DNA of 64,000 nt from an uncultured bacterium (GCA_964655595.1 CAZZPQ010000001.1:144-64143); one strand, 5' to 3'; counted from the stretch's first letter, positions 25,439-36,435 are shown. The notes: generated from the sequence alone by a model not told the origin. Numbers and translations: made by a program.

Positions 25439-27340
25439 CTACAACTGCTCGAGATAGGTATAACCAACCAGTTCAGCATCATAAAGCTCGATAAACGCCT
25501 TCAGTTGCCCTTTGGGCATTTTGACATCGGACTCGGCGATGGTCTCTAGTAGCCACTTGTGCAGCTGACTGGTTTCATAGCCCATGTTTTCAATGACCCG
25601 ACGCGCCTTCTGTCCAGGTACAAAAAGCTCGACTTTGTAGCCCTCATCGGTCAGGCGGATATGCGCCTCATTCACACGCCCAAAGAGATTATGGGCATTG
25701 GCCAGTACATCCTGATAGGCACCGGTGAGAAAAATGCCCAGGTAATAGGCTTCACCCTCGTTTAAGGCATGCAGTGGCAGGGTGCTTTTCACATCACGCA
25801 AGTCGATGAACTTGCCAATTTTACCATCGCTATCGCAGGATATATCGACCAGTGTGGCGTTGCGACTTGGCAGCTCATTCAACCTTGCCAGTGGCACAAT
25901 CGGGAAAAGTGCATCTATAGCCCAGTGATCAGGCAATGTCTGAAACAGGCTGAAGTTGCCCACATACTTGTCAGCCAGCACTTTCGGCAGGTTCTCGAAC
26001 TCTTCCGGGACATAGTCCATATCGGCAATGACCTTGGCGATGCGCTGCAGGATACGCCCAAACAGCGCCTCGATATGGGCACGCTCCAAAAGGCTCAGGT
26101 AACCCAGGTCAAAGAGGCTGTGCATGGTGTCCTTATTAGAGACAGCCTCATTATAAATCTCACGGTAGGTCTTGCTGTTGATACTGTCAAGGAGTTCCTG
26201 CATGTCTCTGACCAGATTATGAGCCTCACCTTCCAGAGGCGGCAACTCCTGGGGTGGCTGGCTCGGTCCAATGACATCAATAATCGGCATGATAAAGACA
26301 GCATGATGCGCAGTCAGTGCCCGTCCGGATTCTGTAACAATGATCGGATGCGGCGCACTGTATTCGTTGCAGCTCTCTACAATTGTCCAGACAACCGTAT
26401 TGGCGTATTCCTGAATCCCGTAGTTGGCAGAGACATAAAAGGTCGTCTTGCTACCATCATAGTCTACCGCCAGACCCCCACCCACATTCAGATACTTCAC
26501 CGGCACACCCATCTCAAAAAGCTCCACATAGGTCTGCACAGCCTCACGCACCGCAACCTTGATGCGGCGAATATCGGTTAACTGACTACCCACATGACAG
26601 TGCAGCAGTTGCAGGGCATCTACCATATTCTCTTTTTGCAAGCGACCCACGACACTAAGAAGCTCAGTAGCAGTAAGGCCAAACTTGGCATCATCCCCAC
26701 CACTCGCCTCCCACTGCCCTGAACCCTTGGCATGCAACTTAAAACGCACGCCAATGGCAGGTTTAACCCCCAGTTCACGGCTAATCCTGAGTAGGCGCTC
26801 GAGCTCACTGAACTTTTCCAGCGTAATAATCACATTCTTGCCCAGCTTGCGCCCCCACAGCGCCAAACGGATAAAGTCATCATCCTTAAAGCCGTTGCAG
26901 CAAATCAGTGCCTCATCATGAATATCCTGCACCAGAATCAGCGCCAGCTCTGCCTTACTGCCAGCCTCGAGCCCTGTGCGATGCTTAGCGCCATACTCAG
27001 CAATCGTTTCAACCACCATGCGACGCTGATTGACCTTGATGGGAAAAACTCCCTGATAGTGCCCCTGGTAATTTGCCTCATCCATCGCCGCCGCAAAGGC
27101 CGCGTTCAGACGATCCAGGCGATCCTCGAGAATCTGTGGGAACCTCAGAATATAGGGCAGGGCGTGCCCCTGCGCCTTGAGATTTTCAATGATATCTACC
27201 AGCGCCACAGCCACCTTATCCTGCACCGATACGGTCAGTTGACCGCTTTTATTGACATCAAAGTAACCGCCACCCCAGGCACGAATACTGTAAACCTCAT
27301 GGGCGTCACTGACATTAAACGAGGGAACAGGGCTTTTCAA
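25439..27340 (-). CDS. speA: biosynthetic arginine decarboxylase
   Basis: 633 aa. The N-terminus YSIRAWGGGYF.VN..G, the PLP-site region FPIKVNQ and the overall length are typical of SpeA. Confidence 0.93.
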   Translation of the reverse strand: MKSPVPSFNVSDAHEVYSIRAWGGGYFDVNKSGQLTVSVQDKVAVALVDIIENLKAQGHALPYILRFPQILEDRLDRLNAAFAAAMDEANYQGHYQGVFPIKVNQRRMVVETIAEYGAKHRTGLEAGSKAELALILVQDIHDEALICCNGFKDDDFIRLALWGRKLGKNVIITLEKFSELERLLRISRELGVKPAIGVRFKLHAKGSGQWEASGGDDAKFGLTATELLSVVGRLQKENMVDALQLLHCHVGSQLTDIRRIKVAVREAVQTYVELFEMGVPVKYLNVGGGLAVDYDGSKTTFYVSANYGIQEYANTVVWTIVESCNEYSAPHPIIVTESGRALTAHHAVFIMPIIDVIGPSQPPQELPPLEGEAHNLVRDMQELLDSINSKTYREIYNEAVSNKDTMHSLFDLGYLSLLERAHIEALFGRILQRIAKVIADMDYVPEEFENLPKVLADKYVGNFSLFQTLPDHWAIDALFPIVPLARLNELPSRNATLVDISCDSDGKIGKFIDLRDVKSTLPLHALNEGEAYYLGIFLTGAYQDVLANAHNLFGRVNEAHIRLTDEGYKVELFVPGQKARRVIENMGYETSQLHKWLLETIAESDVKMPKGQLKAFIELYDAELVGYTYLEQL

Positions 27341-27482
27341 TCAGGGCCTCCAAAATCCAGTCTCGAACTGGCACAAAGATAGCAGTCGCCATCTTTCACT
27401 GACCCATGGGTTGCAACAAACATGGGCGAAGCGTACTCTAGCACGCTTTAGTCAGCCTAATTCAACCATAGCTTTCACTGCT

Positions 27483-27549
27483 TATACCGAATCCGATAAT
27501 TTCCTTAACGATTGTAAAAACTCCTGCCTTGATTCTTCTCGCTCCGATT
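27483..27549 (+). repeat. F1-related degenerate short repeat
   Basis: TATACCGAATCCGATAATTTCCTTAACGATTGTAAAAACTCC...CTCGCTCCGATT aligns with the F1 short form, with many changes. Confidence 0.35.
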
Positions 27550-27739
27550 CCAGATGTCGAACAAACACCCCCGAAACTCGCTATACTGCAGGAGAGGGCT
27601 TTTTGGTCTTCATATGCATTGCAAAATGAGCCTTTTGAGGCTCGGTCATATACAACAACCCAACATAAGACCATCGTATGACAGCCGTTTCCAAAAAGTC
27701 GGTTTCAGTCCGTTCGCTTAAATCACCGGAGGATAGATC

Positions 27740-30460
27740 ATGAACAAGATCACACAAGATGGGCAACAAGTCGCCTGGCACAGCCACAGCATCGATGAGG
27801 TCTTGAGCCAACTCGAAACCAGCCGCGAAGGCTTGAGTCAGCAAGAAGCAGAGGCCCGCCTAGGGCGCTACGGACCGAACAAGCTGGCAGAGCAGGACAA
27901 GGACCCTGCCATTCTCAGGTTTCTGCGGCAGTTTAATGATGTTCTGATTTACGTGTTGCTGGCAGCGGCACTGCTGACTGCCTTTTTAGGTGAGTGGATC
28001 GACACAGGCGTCATTCTGGCAGTTGTCTTCATCAATGCCATCATCGGTTTTATTCAGGAGGGTCGCGCCGAAAGTGCCCTGGAATCGATCCGTAAGATGC
28101 TGTCGCTGGAGGCGCTCGTGCTGCGCGAGGGTGAGCGCAAAAGCATTCCTGCCACCGAGTTAGTGCCTGGCGATGTGGTGCTTCTTGAGTCCGGTGACCG
28201 CGTGCCAGCAGATCTGCGTGTGTTGTCTGCACGCAATCTGCGTATAGAGGAAGCGGCTCTAACCGGTGAGTCAGAGCCTGTGAGCAAACAGGTTGAACCC
28301 TTGGCAGAGGCAACCGTTCTGGCAGAGCGCAGCAACATGGCCTATGCCAGCACCGTGGTGACCAGCGGGCGGCTGGTCGCGGTGGTGGCTGCTACCGCTC
28401 AGACCACCGAGATTGGTCGCATTGGTGAATTGGTGGCTCGAGTTGAAACGCTCACCACCCCGCTCTTACGTGCCATGTCACAGTTCGGCAAGCGTCTTTC
28501 GGCAGTGATTGTCCTGGTCGCAGCCTTGGTCTTTGTCTTTGGATTTTTCCTCAGGGATTTTAGCCTGGTTGAGCTGTTTATGATTGTGGTGAGCTTAGCG
28601 GTCGCTGCCATCCCCGAAGGCCTACCCGCCATTCTGACCATAACGCTGGCGCTGGGCGTGCAGCGTATGGCGTCGCGCAACGCCATTATTCGCCGCTTGC
28701 CAGCAGTGGAAACGCTGGGTTCGGTATCCGTCATTTGCTCGGATAAAACGGGTACGCTCACCAAAAACGAAATGACCGTTCGCGAAGTAATTTTACGGGG
28801 CGAGAGCTTTGAAGTCACAGGCAGTGGTTACGAACCCAAGGGAAGCTTCAAACTGGCAAGCAAAGCAGTGGATCCACAGGCCCACAGTGGCCTGTGGCAG
28901 CTGCTTCAGGCAGGCTTTCTCTGCTCCGATGCACGGCTGAAAGAGCATGATGGCAACTGGCGACTAGAAGGTGATCCCACCGAAGGCGCGGTGGTGGCCC
29001 TGGGCATGAAAGCCGGACTGGGCAGAGCCAGTGAGAAAGCCGCACCCAGGCTGGACGTGATTCCCTTTGAATCCGAACATCGCTTTATGGCAACGCTCCA
29101 TGTGCACAGCGACGGTCACAGGATATATCTTAAAGGCGCGCCTGAAGCGGTGCTGGAGCGCTGCGACTTTGAGTATCGGCAGGATGGTGAACAGCTACTC
29201 GAGCCGAGCTTCTGGGAAAAAGAGATCGAGCGACTGGCAGGCAAGGGCTACCGTGTCCTGGCGATTGCCACTGCCAAAGCGCCGGCAGATAAAAACAGCA
29301 TCGGCTTTTCAGACGTCGACAATCGTCTGACACTCCTTGGTTTTGTCGGCATGATCGACCCACCCCGCCCAGAAGCCATCACGGCTGTTAAGGAGTGCCA
29401 GGAAGCGGGCATTATCGTCAAGATGATTACTGGCGACCACGCGCTGACTGCACGAACCATCGGACAGCAGATGGGTATTGGCGACGGCAAAACAGTGATG
29501 ACTGGCCAGGAACTCGAGACCCTCAGTTCAGACGAACTCAAAGAAGCCGCCAGGCGCTGTGACATCTTTGCTCGCACCAGTCCCGAACACAAACTGCGCC
29601 TGGTTCAGGCGTTGCAGGCTCATGGCTATGTGATCGCCATGACGGGCGACGGCGTGAATGACGCACCTGCGCTTAAACGTGCTGACGTGGGCATCGCCAT
29701 GGGCATCAAAGGTTCCGAAGCGGCCAAGGACGCTGCCGAAATGGTTCTCGCTGACGACAACTTCAGTTCCATTGCTGAGGCTGTCCGCGAAGGACGCAGC
29801 ATTTACGACAACCTCAAAAAAACCATTCTCTTTATGCTACCAACCAATGGCGCCGAGGCACTGGTGGTGATAGCGACAGTACTCTTTGCCTTTAACCAAC
29901 TGCCCATAACACCCGTGCAGATTCTGTGGGTCAATATGATCACCGCTGTCACACTGGCACTGACGCTGGCCTTTGAACCTGCTGAACCGGGCATCATGCG
30001 TCGTCCACCTCGTGACCCTTCAGAAGCCATTATCTCTGGCTACCTGCTATGGCGTATTATTTTTGTTGCCTGCATCATTGCCACTTTAGCGCTCGTGCTC
30101 TTTTTTATTGAGCTTGAGTTCGGGCATTCGCTCGAGTCCGCCCGTACAGTTGCCGTAAACGTACTGGTTGCTGGACAGGTTTTTTACCTCTTTAATAGCC
30201 GCTTTATCATGCAATCCTCACTCTCAGTCACACGCCTGCTGTCCAACCGCGCTGCGCTCCTGGCAGTCGGCTTGCTGATTATTTTTCAGCTGATGTTTAC
30301 CTACCTGCCTATCTTTCAACTATGGTTTGGCACCGCAGCCATTCGCTGGCAGGACTGGGGCCTGGTACTTCTGGCTGGGCTGCTCGTCTTTTTCGCGGTA
30401 GAACTGGAAAAAGCACTTACGCGTTTTATAAAGACAAAAAGAGGCAAAAAGACTTTGTAA
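27740..30460 (+). CDS. P-type (P2-like) cation-transporting ATPase (Ca2+/Mg2+ type)
   Basis: 906 aa. GGAGG precedes the ATG. The motifs TGES, CSDKTGTLT, MITGDH and GDGVNDAPAL are present, with 10 predicted TM helices. Confidence 0.92.
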   Translation: MNKITQDGQQVAWHSHSIDEVLSQLETSREGLSQQEAEARLGRYGPNKLAEQDKDPAILRFLRQFNDVLIYVLLAAALLTAFLGEWIDTGVILAVVFINAIIGFIQEGRAESALESIRKMLSLEALVLREGERKSIPATELVPGDVVLLESGDRVPADLRVLSARNLRIEEAALTGESEPVSKQVEPLAEATVLAERSNMAYASTVVTSGRLVAVVAATAQTTEIGRIGELVARVETLTTPLLRAMSQFGKRLSAVIVLVAALVFVFGFFLRDFSLVELFMIVVSLAVAAIPEGLPAILTITLALGVQRMASRNAIIRRLPAVETLGSVSVICSDKTGTLTKNEMTVREVILRGESFEVTGSGYEPKGSFKLASKAVDPQAHSGLWQLLQAGFLCSDARLKEHDGNWRLEGDPTEGAVVALGMKAGLGRASEKAAPRLDVIPFESEHRFMATLHVHSDGHRIYLKGAPEAVLERCDFEYRQDGEQLLEPSFWEKEIERLAGKGYRVLAIATAKAPADKNSIGFSDVDNRLTLLGFVGMIDPPRPEAITAVKECQEAGIIVKMITGDHALTARTIGQQMGIGDGKTVMTGQELETLSSDELKEAARRCDIFARTSPEHKLRLVQALQAHGYVIAMTGDGVNDAPALKRADVGIAMGIKGSEAAKDAAEMVLADDNFSSIAEAVREGRSIYDNLKKTILFMLPTNGAEALVVIATVLFAFNQLPITPVQILWVNMITAVTLALTLAFEPAEPGIMRRPPRDPSEAIISGYLLWRIIFVACIIATLALVLFFIELEFGHSLESARTVAVNVLVAGQVFYLFNSRFIMQSSLSVTRLLSNRAALLAVGLLIIFQLMFTYLPIFQLWFGTAAIRWQDWGLVLLAGLLVFFAVELEKALTRFIKTKRGKKTL

Positions 30461-30523
30461 TAAAAACGTAAGAACTCCCATGCTACCTTGAAACAGGATA
30501 CTTCAAGGCAGTGCACAGTCTAA

Positions 30524-33163
30524 GTGTGCCTGGTGATGGGAACTATGCGACTAGACACAGACACTCAATCTAAGAGACCTGCGATAGGCGCAGATTATTT
30601 GGATATTCCAGATATCACTACCTTGTCGCTCAGCCACCTAAAGGGTGCTCAGAACGCTTACCTGTTATCCCAAAATGATGACTTATTTATGGGTATCAGA
30701 CTCAATGGCAAGGCCCCTGAGCTACCTTTGACACTTGAGGTAAGTCTGCTCGAGTCGGTTCTGGAAGCAACAAGTGACATTATTCAGCTGGACCACACTG
30801 CTTTGAGCAGGCTCTCTTTGCCTGAATCCTTTGGACAATCAGCGCTTCTATTACAAGCCAGTCATGAAAACACACGCAGCTTGCTACTCATCGGCAGTTT
30901 AGCCGAAAGCTGGTCAGCTGACGATATCAGCCTTGCCACGCTGCTGCAGATACAGTTAAAGTTTCTGTGCCAGCACAGTCATAATGTGGCTCAACAACAA
31001 GAAACAGCGCGGTTGCGTGACGTGCTGGAACTGGTCTGGCAGGTCGTTCTCGAGCCTGTGGACATCGCCTCGAGTCTGCGAGCGATTATGCTCCTTTTAG
31101 AGGAACATCTTACAGGCTTAGACCTGGCTTTATATTTGCCAGCGGAAGGCAAACTCAAATTGCACTACCAGATTGGCTATCCAACAGCTGCCCCTGAACT
31201 GGAAGTTGGTGAGGCCATGCTGGGACACCGTCTGGCCAAACATGGTCTGCTGCACGACAGTCACGCTCTGGACTATTCAGACGACGCTATCGTCTTGCCA
31301 CTATTCGATCAGCACGCCACCGTTGCGGTTCTACGCATCCCCAATCAGCCCACACCTGCACCTGCGCTGCTCGATTTTATGTGGGGCTTATCAGAACTCA
31401 GCCATATCATGATTGAACACCTAAGCCTAAACCGTAAGGCTCGAGATGCCGAACGCCGTTTTCGCTTGCTGGCGGAACATATGTCTGATGTCGTGGCTCT
31501 GCACTCCTTCGAGGGCCGCTTTCTTTATCTGAGTCCCTCAGTGAAACAGAACACCGACTACCAGGCCCATGAACTTATCGGTCAGCCTGTTCATAGGTAT
31601 ATCCACCCCGAGGACCTACCAAGGTTCACTCAAGAGCTTGCGCAGCTTCGCCAGCAACCAAGTGTAGCGCTAAGCCCCTACCGCTTTCAGCATCGTGAAG
31701 GTGGTTATGTCTGGTCAGAAGGCAATGCCTACGCCGTTTATAGCAGCGCGGGCAGGATCGACCACATCGTCTCCTCCACCCGCAACATCACCGAGCGAAA
31801 AAACGCTGAGGTACAGCTCGAGCACTCCGTTCAGCATGACGAACTAACAGGTCTACCCAATCGCAGCTATTTCATGCAGCGCCTAGAGAAAGTCATCGCT
31901 GCCGCCCAGAACAATCCGAGTCTGCGCAACGCCATTTTATTTGTCGATCTGGACCGCTTCAAAGTCATCAACGATAGCCTGGGGCACAGCGTTGGCGATG
32001 AACTTCTTAAAGACATTGCCAAACGCATCCAGACCTGCCTGCAAGATAGTGACATGATCGCTCGCCTGGCTGGTGATGAGTTTGCCATCCTGCTTGAAAA
32101 CCTCAAAAATAACCACGATGCCAAGAAAATGGCAGAACAGATTCAGAACCTGCTCAAGGAGCCCTTTTATATTAAAGGGCACGAGATTTTTTCGGCAGCT
32201 AGTATTGGCATGGCCTTTATCAACAACTCTGGACTCAGTGCTGAGGACTTGCTGCGCAATGCCGATGTCGCTATGTACAGCGCCAAAAAGTCTGGGGGCG
32301 CGAACTTCACCGTCTTTAACCCCAGCATGTACGAAAGCTATGTGAAACGTTTGTCCCTGGAATCCGAACTGCGTCGCGCCATTGACGAGGACGAGTTGTT
32401 CCTGACCTACCAACCCATTGTTGATCTTCGCACCCGCAATATTGCTGGCTTTGAAGCTCTGCTGCGCTGGCGACATCCAGAACAAGGCCTCATACCACCC
32501 GACAAGTTTATTCCCATTGCCGAAGAATCCGGTCTGATCCTTGATATTGATCGCTGGGTCATCAAGGCTGGCTGTAAGCAGTTAGTCATCTGGGACATAA
32601 GCTACCCAAGCTCGAGCGAGTTGTTTCTCAGCCTTAACCTCTCAACACGGCATTTGATGCTCGAGCACGCTGCTAAAGATATTACCGAACTGATTCGCAG
32701 TTATGATGTATCTCCCACACGCATCAAACTCGAGGTTACCGAAGGCGCACTGATGAACAATGCCGAAGCAGGTGCGGCCGTACTGGCGCGTCTGCGCGCT
32801 GAGGGAATCAAGATTCAGATTGATGACTTTGGCACTGGATATTCATCGCTTAGTTATCTGCACAAACTTCCACTCGATTCCCTGAAAATTGACCGCTCAT
32901 TCGTCATGCGTATGGCGGGGGGCAAGCAGGATGAAGAAATTATTCGCACCATCATGTCGCTGGCGGGCAGTATGGGTCTGGATGTCGTTGCTGAAGGCAT
33001 AGAAACACCCTACCAGTACGAGCGACTTGGTCAGATGGGCTGTGCTTACGGTCAGGGTTATCTGATTGCCAAACCGCTTGAAGTTGCCACTGTTGAAAAG
33101 CGCTTCCTTCAACAAAACTCCATTACACCAGTGACTTCAGCAGCATTGGTACAGGATACTTAA
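30524..33163 (+). CDS. sensor protein: N-terminal sensor region - PAS - GGDEF (AGDEF variant) - EAL
   Basis: 879 aa. The PAS region starts about at ERRFRLLAEHMSDVV. The GGDEF domain carries RLAGDEFAIL. The EAL domain is intact (FEALLRW, DDFGTGYSSL, KIDRSF, EGIET). The start codon is uncertain. Confidence 0.88.
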   Translation: MCLVMGTMRLDTDTQSKRPAIGADYLDIPDITTLSLSHLKGAQNAYLLSQNDDLFMGIRLNGKAPELPLTLEVSLLESVLEATSDIIQLDHTALSRLSLPESFGQSALLLQASHENTRSLLLIGSLAESWSADDISLATLLQIQLKFLCQHSHNVAQQQETARLRDVLELVWQVVLEPVDIASSLRAIMLLLEEHLTGLDLALYLPAEGKLKLHYQIGYPTAAPELEVGEAMLGHRLAKHGLLHDSHALDYSDDAIVLPLFDQHATVAVLRIPNQPTPAPALLDFMWGLSELSHIMIEHLSLNRKARDAERRFRLLAEHMSDVVALHSFEGRFLYLSPSVKQNTDYQAHELIGQPVHRYIHPEDLPRFTQELAQLRQQPSVALSPYRFQHREGGYVWSEGNAYAVYSSAGRIDHIVSSTRNITERKNAEVQLEHSVQHDELTGLPNRSYFMQRLEKVIAAAQNNPSLRNAILFVDLDRFKVINDSLGHSVGDELLKDIAKRIQTCLQDSDMIARLAGDEFAILLENLKNNHDAKKMAEQIQNLLKEPFYIKGHEIFSAASIGMAFINNSGLSAEDLLRNADVAMYSAKKSGGANFTVFNPSMYESYVKRLSLESELRRAIDEDELFLTYQPIVDLRTRNIAGFEALLRWRHPEQGLIPPDKFIPIAEESGLILDIDRWVIKAGCKQLVIWDISYPSSSELFLSLNLSTRHLMLEHAAKDITELIRSYDVSPTRIKLEVTEGALMNNAEAGAAVLARLRAEGIKIQIDDFGTGYSSLSYLHKLPLDSLKIDRSFVMRMAGGKQDEEIIRTIMSLAGSMGLDVVAEGIETPYQYERLGQMGCAYGQGYLIAKPLEVATVEKRFLQQNSITPVTSAALVQDT

Positions 33164-33331
33164 ACCACACGGCCAAGCTTCGCAACACCTACCTGACTTG
33201 GCAAATGGCTTGCAGAACTCAAAAGCAGCTCCTCGGTTTCGACTCGGTCTTGTGAGGATAATACAGCCGGGCGTATTCTGCACTGCGTTTGGATTTGCCC
33301 GCCAGACGTATTGTTATACAGGTAGGAAACA

Positions 33332-34594
33332 TTGAACCAGGCTGAAACTCCCTCTGTTAAACGAAGTCGACTTATAGAAAAGTCTCCCGTGTACTATGGC
33401 TGGCTTATCCTGCTGGCAGGTAGTTTTGGCCTGATGATGACCATGCCCGGGCAAACCCTGAGCATTGCGGTTTTTCTTGACCGCATCATCGAAGACCTGA
33501 ACTTTTCCAGAACCACTGTTTCTCTGATGTACACCCTGGCAACCCTGCTAGGCTCTTTTTCCTTGCCCTTTGTCGGTCGCTTTATCGATGCCAAAGGTCC
33601 ACGGCTAGCCGTAATTATCATCAGTATTCTCTTTGCCCTGTCGTGTGTGCTGATGGGATTTGTACAAGGTCTGACGATGCTCTTTGTCGGCTTTGTACTG
33701 ATTCGTGCCCTGGGTCAGGGTGCGCTTTCCATGACCAGTCAGCATGTCATTAACATCTGGTTTGTACGACGGCGTGGCCTGGCCATTGGCCTATCCGGTC
33801 TGGGTTTTTCCATTGGTGTTATCCTGTTCCCACTGCTTATTAACTACCTGATTTCGGTTTATGACTGGCGTATCGCCTATATGCTTCTGGGCTTACTGGT
33901 TGCTGTGACCATTTTGCCGGTTGGTGCACTGCTTTACCGCAACCATCCTGAGACCTACGGCTTAAAACCCGATGGAGCTAGTCAGCAACAAACAGAATTG
34001 CAGGAAACACACCTGACACTCAGTGAAGCACGGCGCACCATCACCTTCTGGCTATTTACCATTGCTGGCTTTAGCGTCGCAACTTTGGGCACGGCGCTGA
34101 TATTTCACAACTACGACATTCTGGCAGCGCAGGGTCTCGAGCGCAACATAGCTACCCTGGTGTTTGTGCCGCTTGGCCTTGTCCAGTTTCTGGCCACGCT
34201 TCTGACGGGCTTCTTTCTCGATCGCGTCAGACCCCGCTTTGTTCTGGCTGCCGCACAACTTTTGCTCGCTTGCACCCTGGTCCTGGCGACCTCCGTCAAC
34301 AGCCTGCCTCTGGTTTACGTCTATGGTATTTGTCTGGGTATTATGCAGGGTATGAGTGGCGCCATTTCTGCAGTGTCCTTTGCCTATTACTTTGGGCGCA
34401 GACACTTAGGCAGCATTAAGGGCGTCGTTACCACCATCATGGTGATGGGAACAGCTCTGGGACCACTGCTGTTTTCGGTAGGCAAAGACCTGTTTGGCAG
34501 TTATGGCAGCATCATGCTACTAACTGCTGTAATACCCCTCAGCATTGCTTTCATCGCACCCTTTATCAAACCTCCAGTGCGACAGAGGGCATAG
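33332..34594 (+). CDS. MFS transporter
   Basis: 420 aa with a TTG start and 12 hydrophobic segments. It contains the MFS loop motif GRFIDAKGPR. Confidence 0.8.
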   Translation: MNQAETPSVKRSRLIEKSPVYYGWLILLAGSFGLMMTMPGQTLSIAVFLDRIIEDLNFSRTTVSLMYTLATLLGSFSLPFVGRFIDAKGPRLAVIIISILFALSCVLMGFVQGLTMLFVGFVLIRALGQGALSMTSQHVINIWFVRRRGLAIGLSGLGFSIGVILFPLLINYLISVYDWRIAYMLLGLLVAVTILPVGALLYRNHPETYGLKPDGASQQQTELQETHLTLSEARRTITFWLFTIAGFSVATLGTALIFHNYDILAAQGLERNIATLVFVPLGLVQFLATLLTGFFLDRVRPRFVLAAAQLLLACTLVLATSVNSLPLVYVYGICLGIMQGMSGAISAVSFAYYFGRRHLGSIKGVVTTIMVMGTALGPLLFSVGKDLFGSYGSIMLLTAVIPLSIAFIAPFIKPPVRQRA

Positions 34595-34614
34595 TGTTTA
34601 AGAAAAAAGCTATC

Positions 34615-34694
34615 AGGCTTCATGCGAAAGTATCAACTGAGCAATTTTAAGGTCGATTAGAATCGCTATTAATCCGGACTTTTGCAAAAGGGCT
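34615..34694 (+). repeat. F2 intergenic repeat
   Basis: AGGCTTCATGCGAAAGTATCAA...CCGGACTTTTGCAAAAGGGCT. It lies 5 nt upstream of an F1 copy. Confidence 0.8.
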
Positions 34695-34699
34695 ATTTT

Positions 34700-34799
34700 T
34701 ATACCGAGCCTGCTAAATTGCTTAAAGATTTGAAAAGCACTTTCCCACTTCCTAACGCCCTGCTCGGGATAAACCAAACAATCTATCCGAAACTGGTAA
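34700..34799 (+). repeat. F1 intergenic repeat, long form with decayed hairpin
   Basis: TATACCGAGCCTGCTAAATTGCTTAAAGATTTGAAAAGC...CTGCTCGGGATAAACCAAACAATCTATCCGAAACTGGTAA. Confidence 0.75.
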
Positions 34800-34870
34800 C
34801 GCGTCCTGCGTCAAAGACTCTTAAAGAAACATCACACCCGGGAATAACAAGCCCTGATATCATCAATGGT

Positions 34871-36421
34871 ATGTATAAACTATTGCCTGCCATGATAACC
34901 ATAGGCTTAAGTTTTTTTTCGGTTCTTTCATGTAATAATGCAACGTCAATCAGCGATTCGCGAGACATCAAACTGACTCCTGAATCTGCTGGTGTGAAAG
35001 CCAATTCCGTGCTGTTTTTGGAAGCGCCCATACCTAAAGATGTATATAGCCAGACCGGTTGGCAATCAAGTTGTGGTCACATTATTGGCCCCAGCACTTA
35101 TAAGGTTGCCTACCTGGCACCCGATACGCCAGGAACCTGTAGTATTGAGGCAAAAAGTAGGCTTGAGGGAAGTAACACCATTGTTTCAACAGCGACCATA
35201 AATGTAATTGCCGAATCCATAGACTGGCATAGTCGACTTAGCAGTACACCAACTGACAATTACTCTGGTAGTGGAATCGTCGTGGACTCGGCGGGTAACA
35301 CATATATAACAGGCTCTCTATCCAAAATAAGCAATGAAAACACAACAGGTTACCCTGATGTATATGATGTGTCTTTGGCAAAACTTGACCCCTTTGGCGA
35401 AATCGCCTGGATACGTCAGTTTGGCACAGCCTCAAGGGATTATAGTGCGGATATAGCCATTGATAGTAGTGGAAACAGCTATGTCGCTGGTTACTCATCT
35501 ATGAGCGCTGGGCAAGACCCTGATGATGGGTTCGAAGGTGGCTTTGTTGCAAAATATGATGCAAATGGTGAACAACAGTGGTTTAGTCAGGTTGGCTCAC
35601 GAACTGAAATGTCTGAATTGTGGAAAATGGCGATTGATCAGGAAGGAAGTATTATTGTCACAGGGAGCACCTCTTACCAGAAAAACGAAGGTTGGAGCTA
35701 TCAAACCACTGGTGTTATCTCCAAGCTTGACAAAAATGGCAATCGTTTATGGTTAAAAAGGTTAGAGTTAGAGGCTGATGATGAGTATCTATTTCTAGGG
35801 GATTTGGTGACAGACTCCGCAGGGTCGATCGTGGTACTTGGTTTCATATCAACATCAGATGGAAGAGATAGTTTTCTCGCCAAGTTTGATACCCATGGTG
35901 AAGAGGTCTGGTTTCATCAGTTGGATATGAGCATTTCTAATGAAGATGAAGTTGGTGGTTTGGCTATCACGCCTGATGACAGTATCATACTTGTAGGCAA
36001 CAATTATAAGAAGACTGAAGATTGGACTAAGTCTTCGGGATCATCCTATGTAAGCAAGCACAGAGCTGACGGAAGTGAAGAATGGCTCCGACGCTATAAC
36101 AGGAATGTGGACTTGGAAGCCAACAGTGTGACCGTGGATAACGCTGGCAATATTACGGTAACCGGAAACGCAAACTGGTACCTCTGGTTAGGTGATGATG
36201 AAGATGATTTCGACAAGAGAAACCACGGAACCTTTTTAGCCCAGTTTGACTCGAGTGGAGACCTTCGGGCATTCCGCCAGTTTTTTCCAAGCATCAGTAC
36301 CCTGGGGCATACTACTGATAACCATGGCAATATCTACATAACCAGCAGTGTCAGAGGTGCAGTTAATCCTAAAACGCGTACTTACTTAAACGATGTTTAT
36401 GTGTTTAAGGTCAAGCCATAA
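34871..36421 (+). CDS. lipoprotein with SBBP-type beta-propeller repeats
   Basis: The start is trimmed to ATG 34871 (MYKLLPAMITIGLSFFSVLS-C lipobox), because the ORF-track N-terminus runs through the F1 repeat. There are at least 7 repeats of D..GN.Y.TG (DSAGNTYITGS, DSSGNSYVAGY, DQEGSIIVTGS, DNAGNITVTGN, DNHGNIYITSS). Confidence 0.7.
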   Translation: MYKLLPAMITIGLSFFSVLSCNNATSISDSRDIKLTPESAGVKANSVLFLEAPIPKDVYSQTGWQSSCGHIIGPSTYKVAYLAPDTPGTCSIEAKSRLEGSNTIVSTATINVIAESIDWHSRLSSTPTDNYSGSGIVVDSAGNTYITGSLSKISNENTTGYPDVYDVSLAKLDPFGEIAWIRQFGTASRDYSADIAIDSSGNSYVAGYSSMSAGQDPDDGFEGGFVAKYDANGEQQWFSQVGSRTEMSELWKMAIDQEGSIIVTGSTSYQKNEGWSYQTTGVISKLDKNGNRLWLKRLELEADDEYLFLGDLVTDSAGSIVVLGFISTSDGRDSFLAKFDTHGEEVWFHQLDMSISNEDEVGGLAITPDDSIILVGNNYKKTEDWTKSSGSSYVSKHRADGSEEWLRRYNRNVDLEANSVTVDNAGNITVTGNANWYLWLGDDEDDFDKRNHGTFLAQFDSSGDLRAFRQFFPSISTLGHTTDNHGNIYITSSVRGAVNPKTRTYLNDVYVFKVKP

Positions 36422-36435
36422 AACTGTAAGTTTCC

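Noticed and set aside
27341-27739. A possible riboswitch or leader (Mg2+ M-box or Mn2+ yybP-ykoY type) in the 400-bp region between speA and the P-type ATPase.
   Set aside because: I could not find the conserved core sequences of either class by eye. Part of the region is a degenerate F1 copy. A covariance-model scan would be needed before any call.
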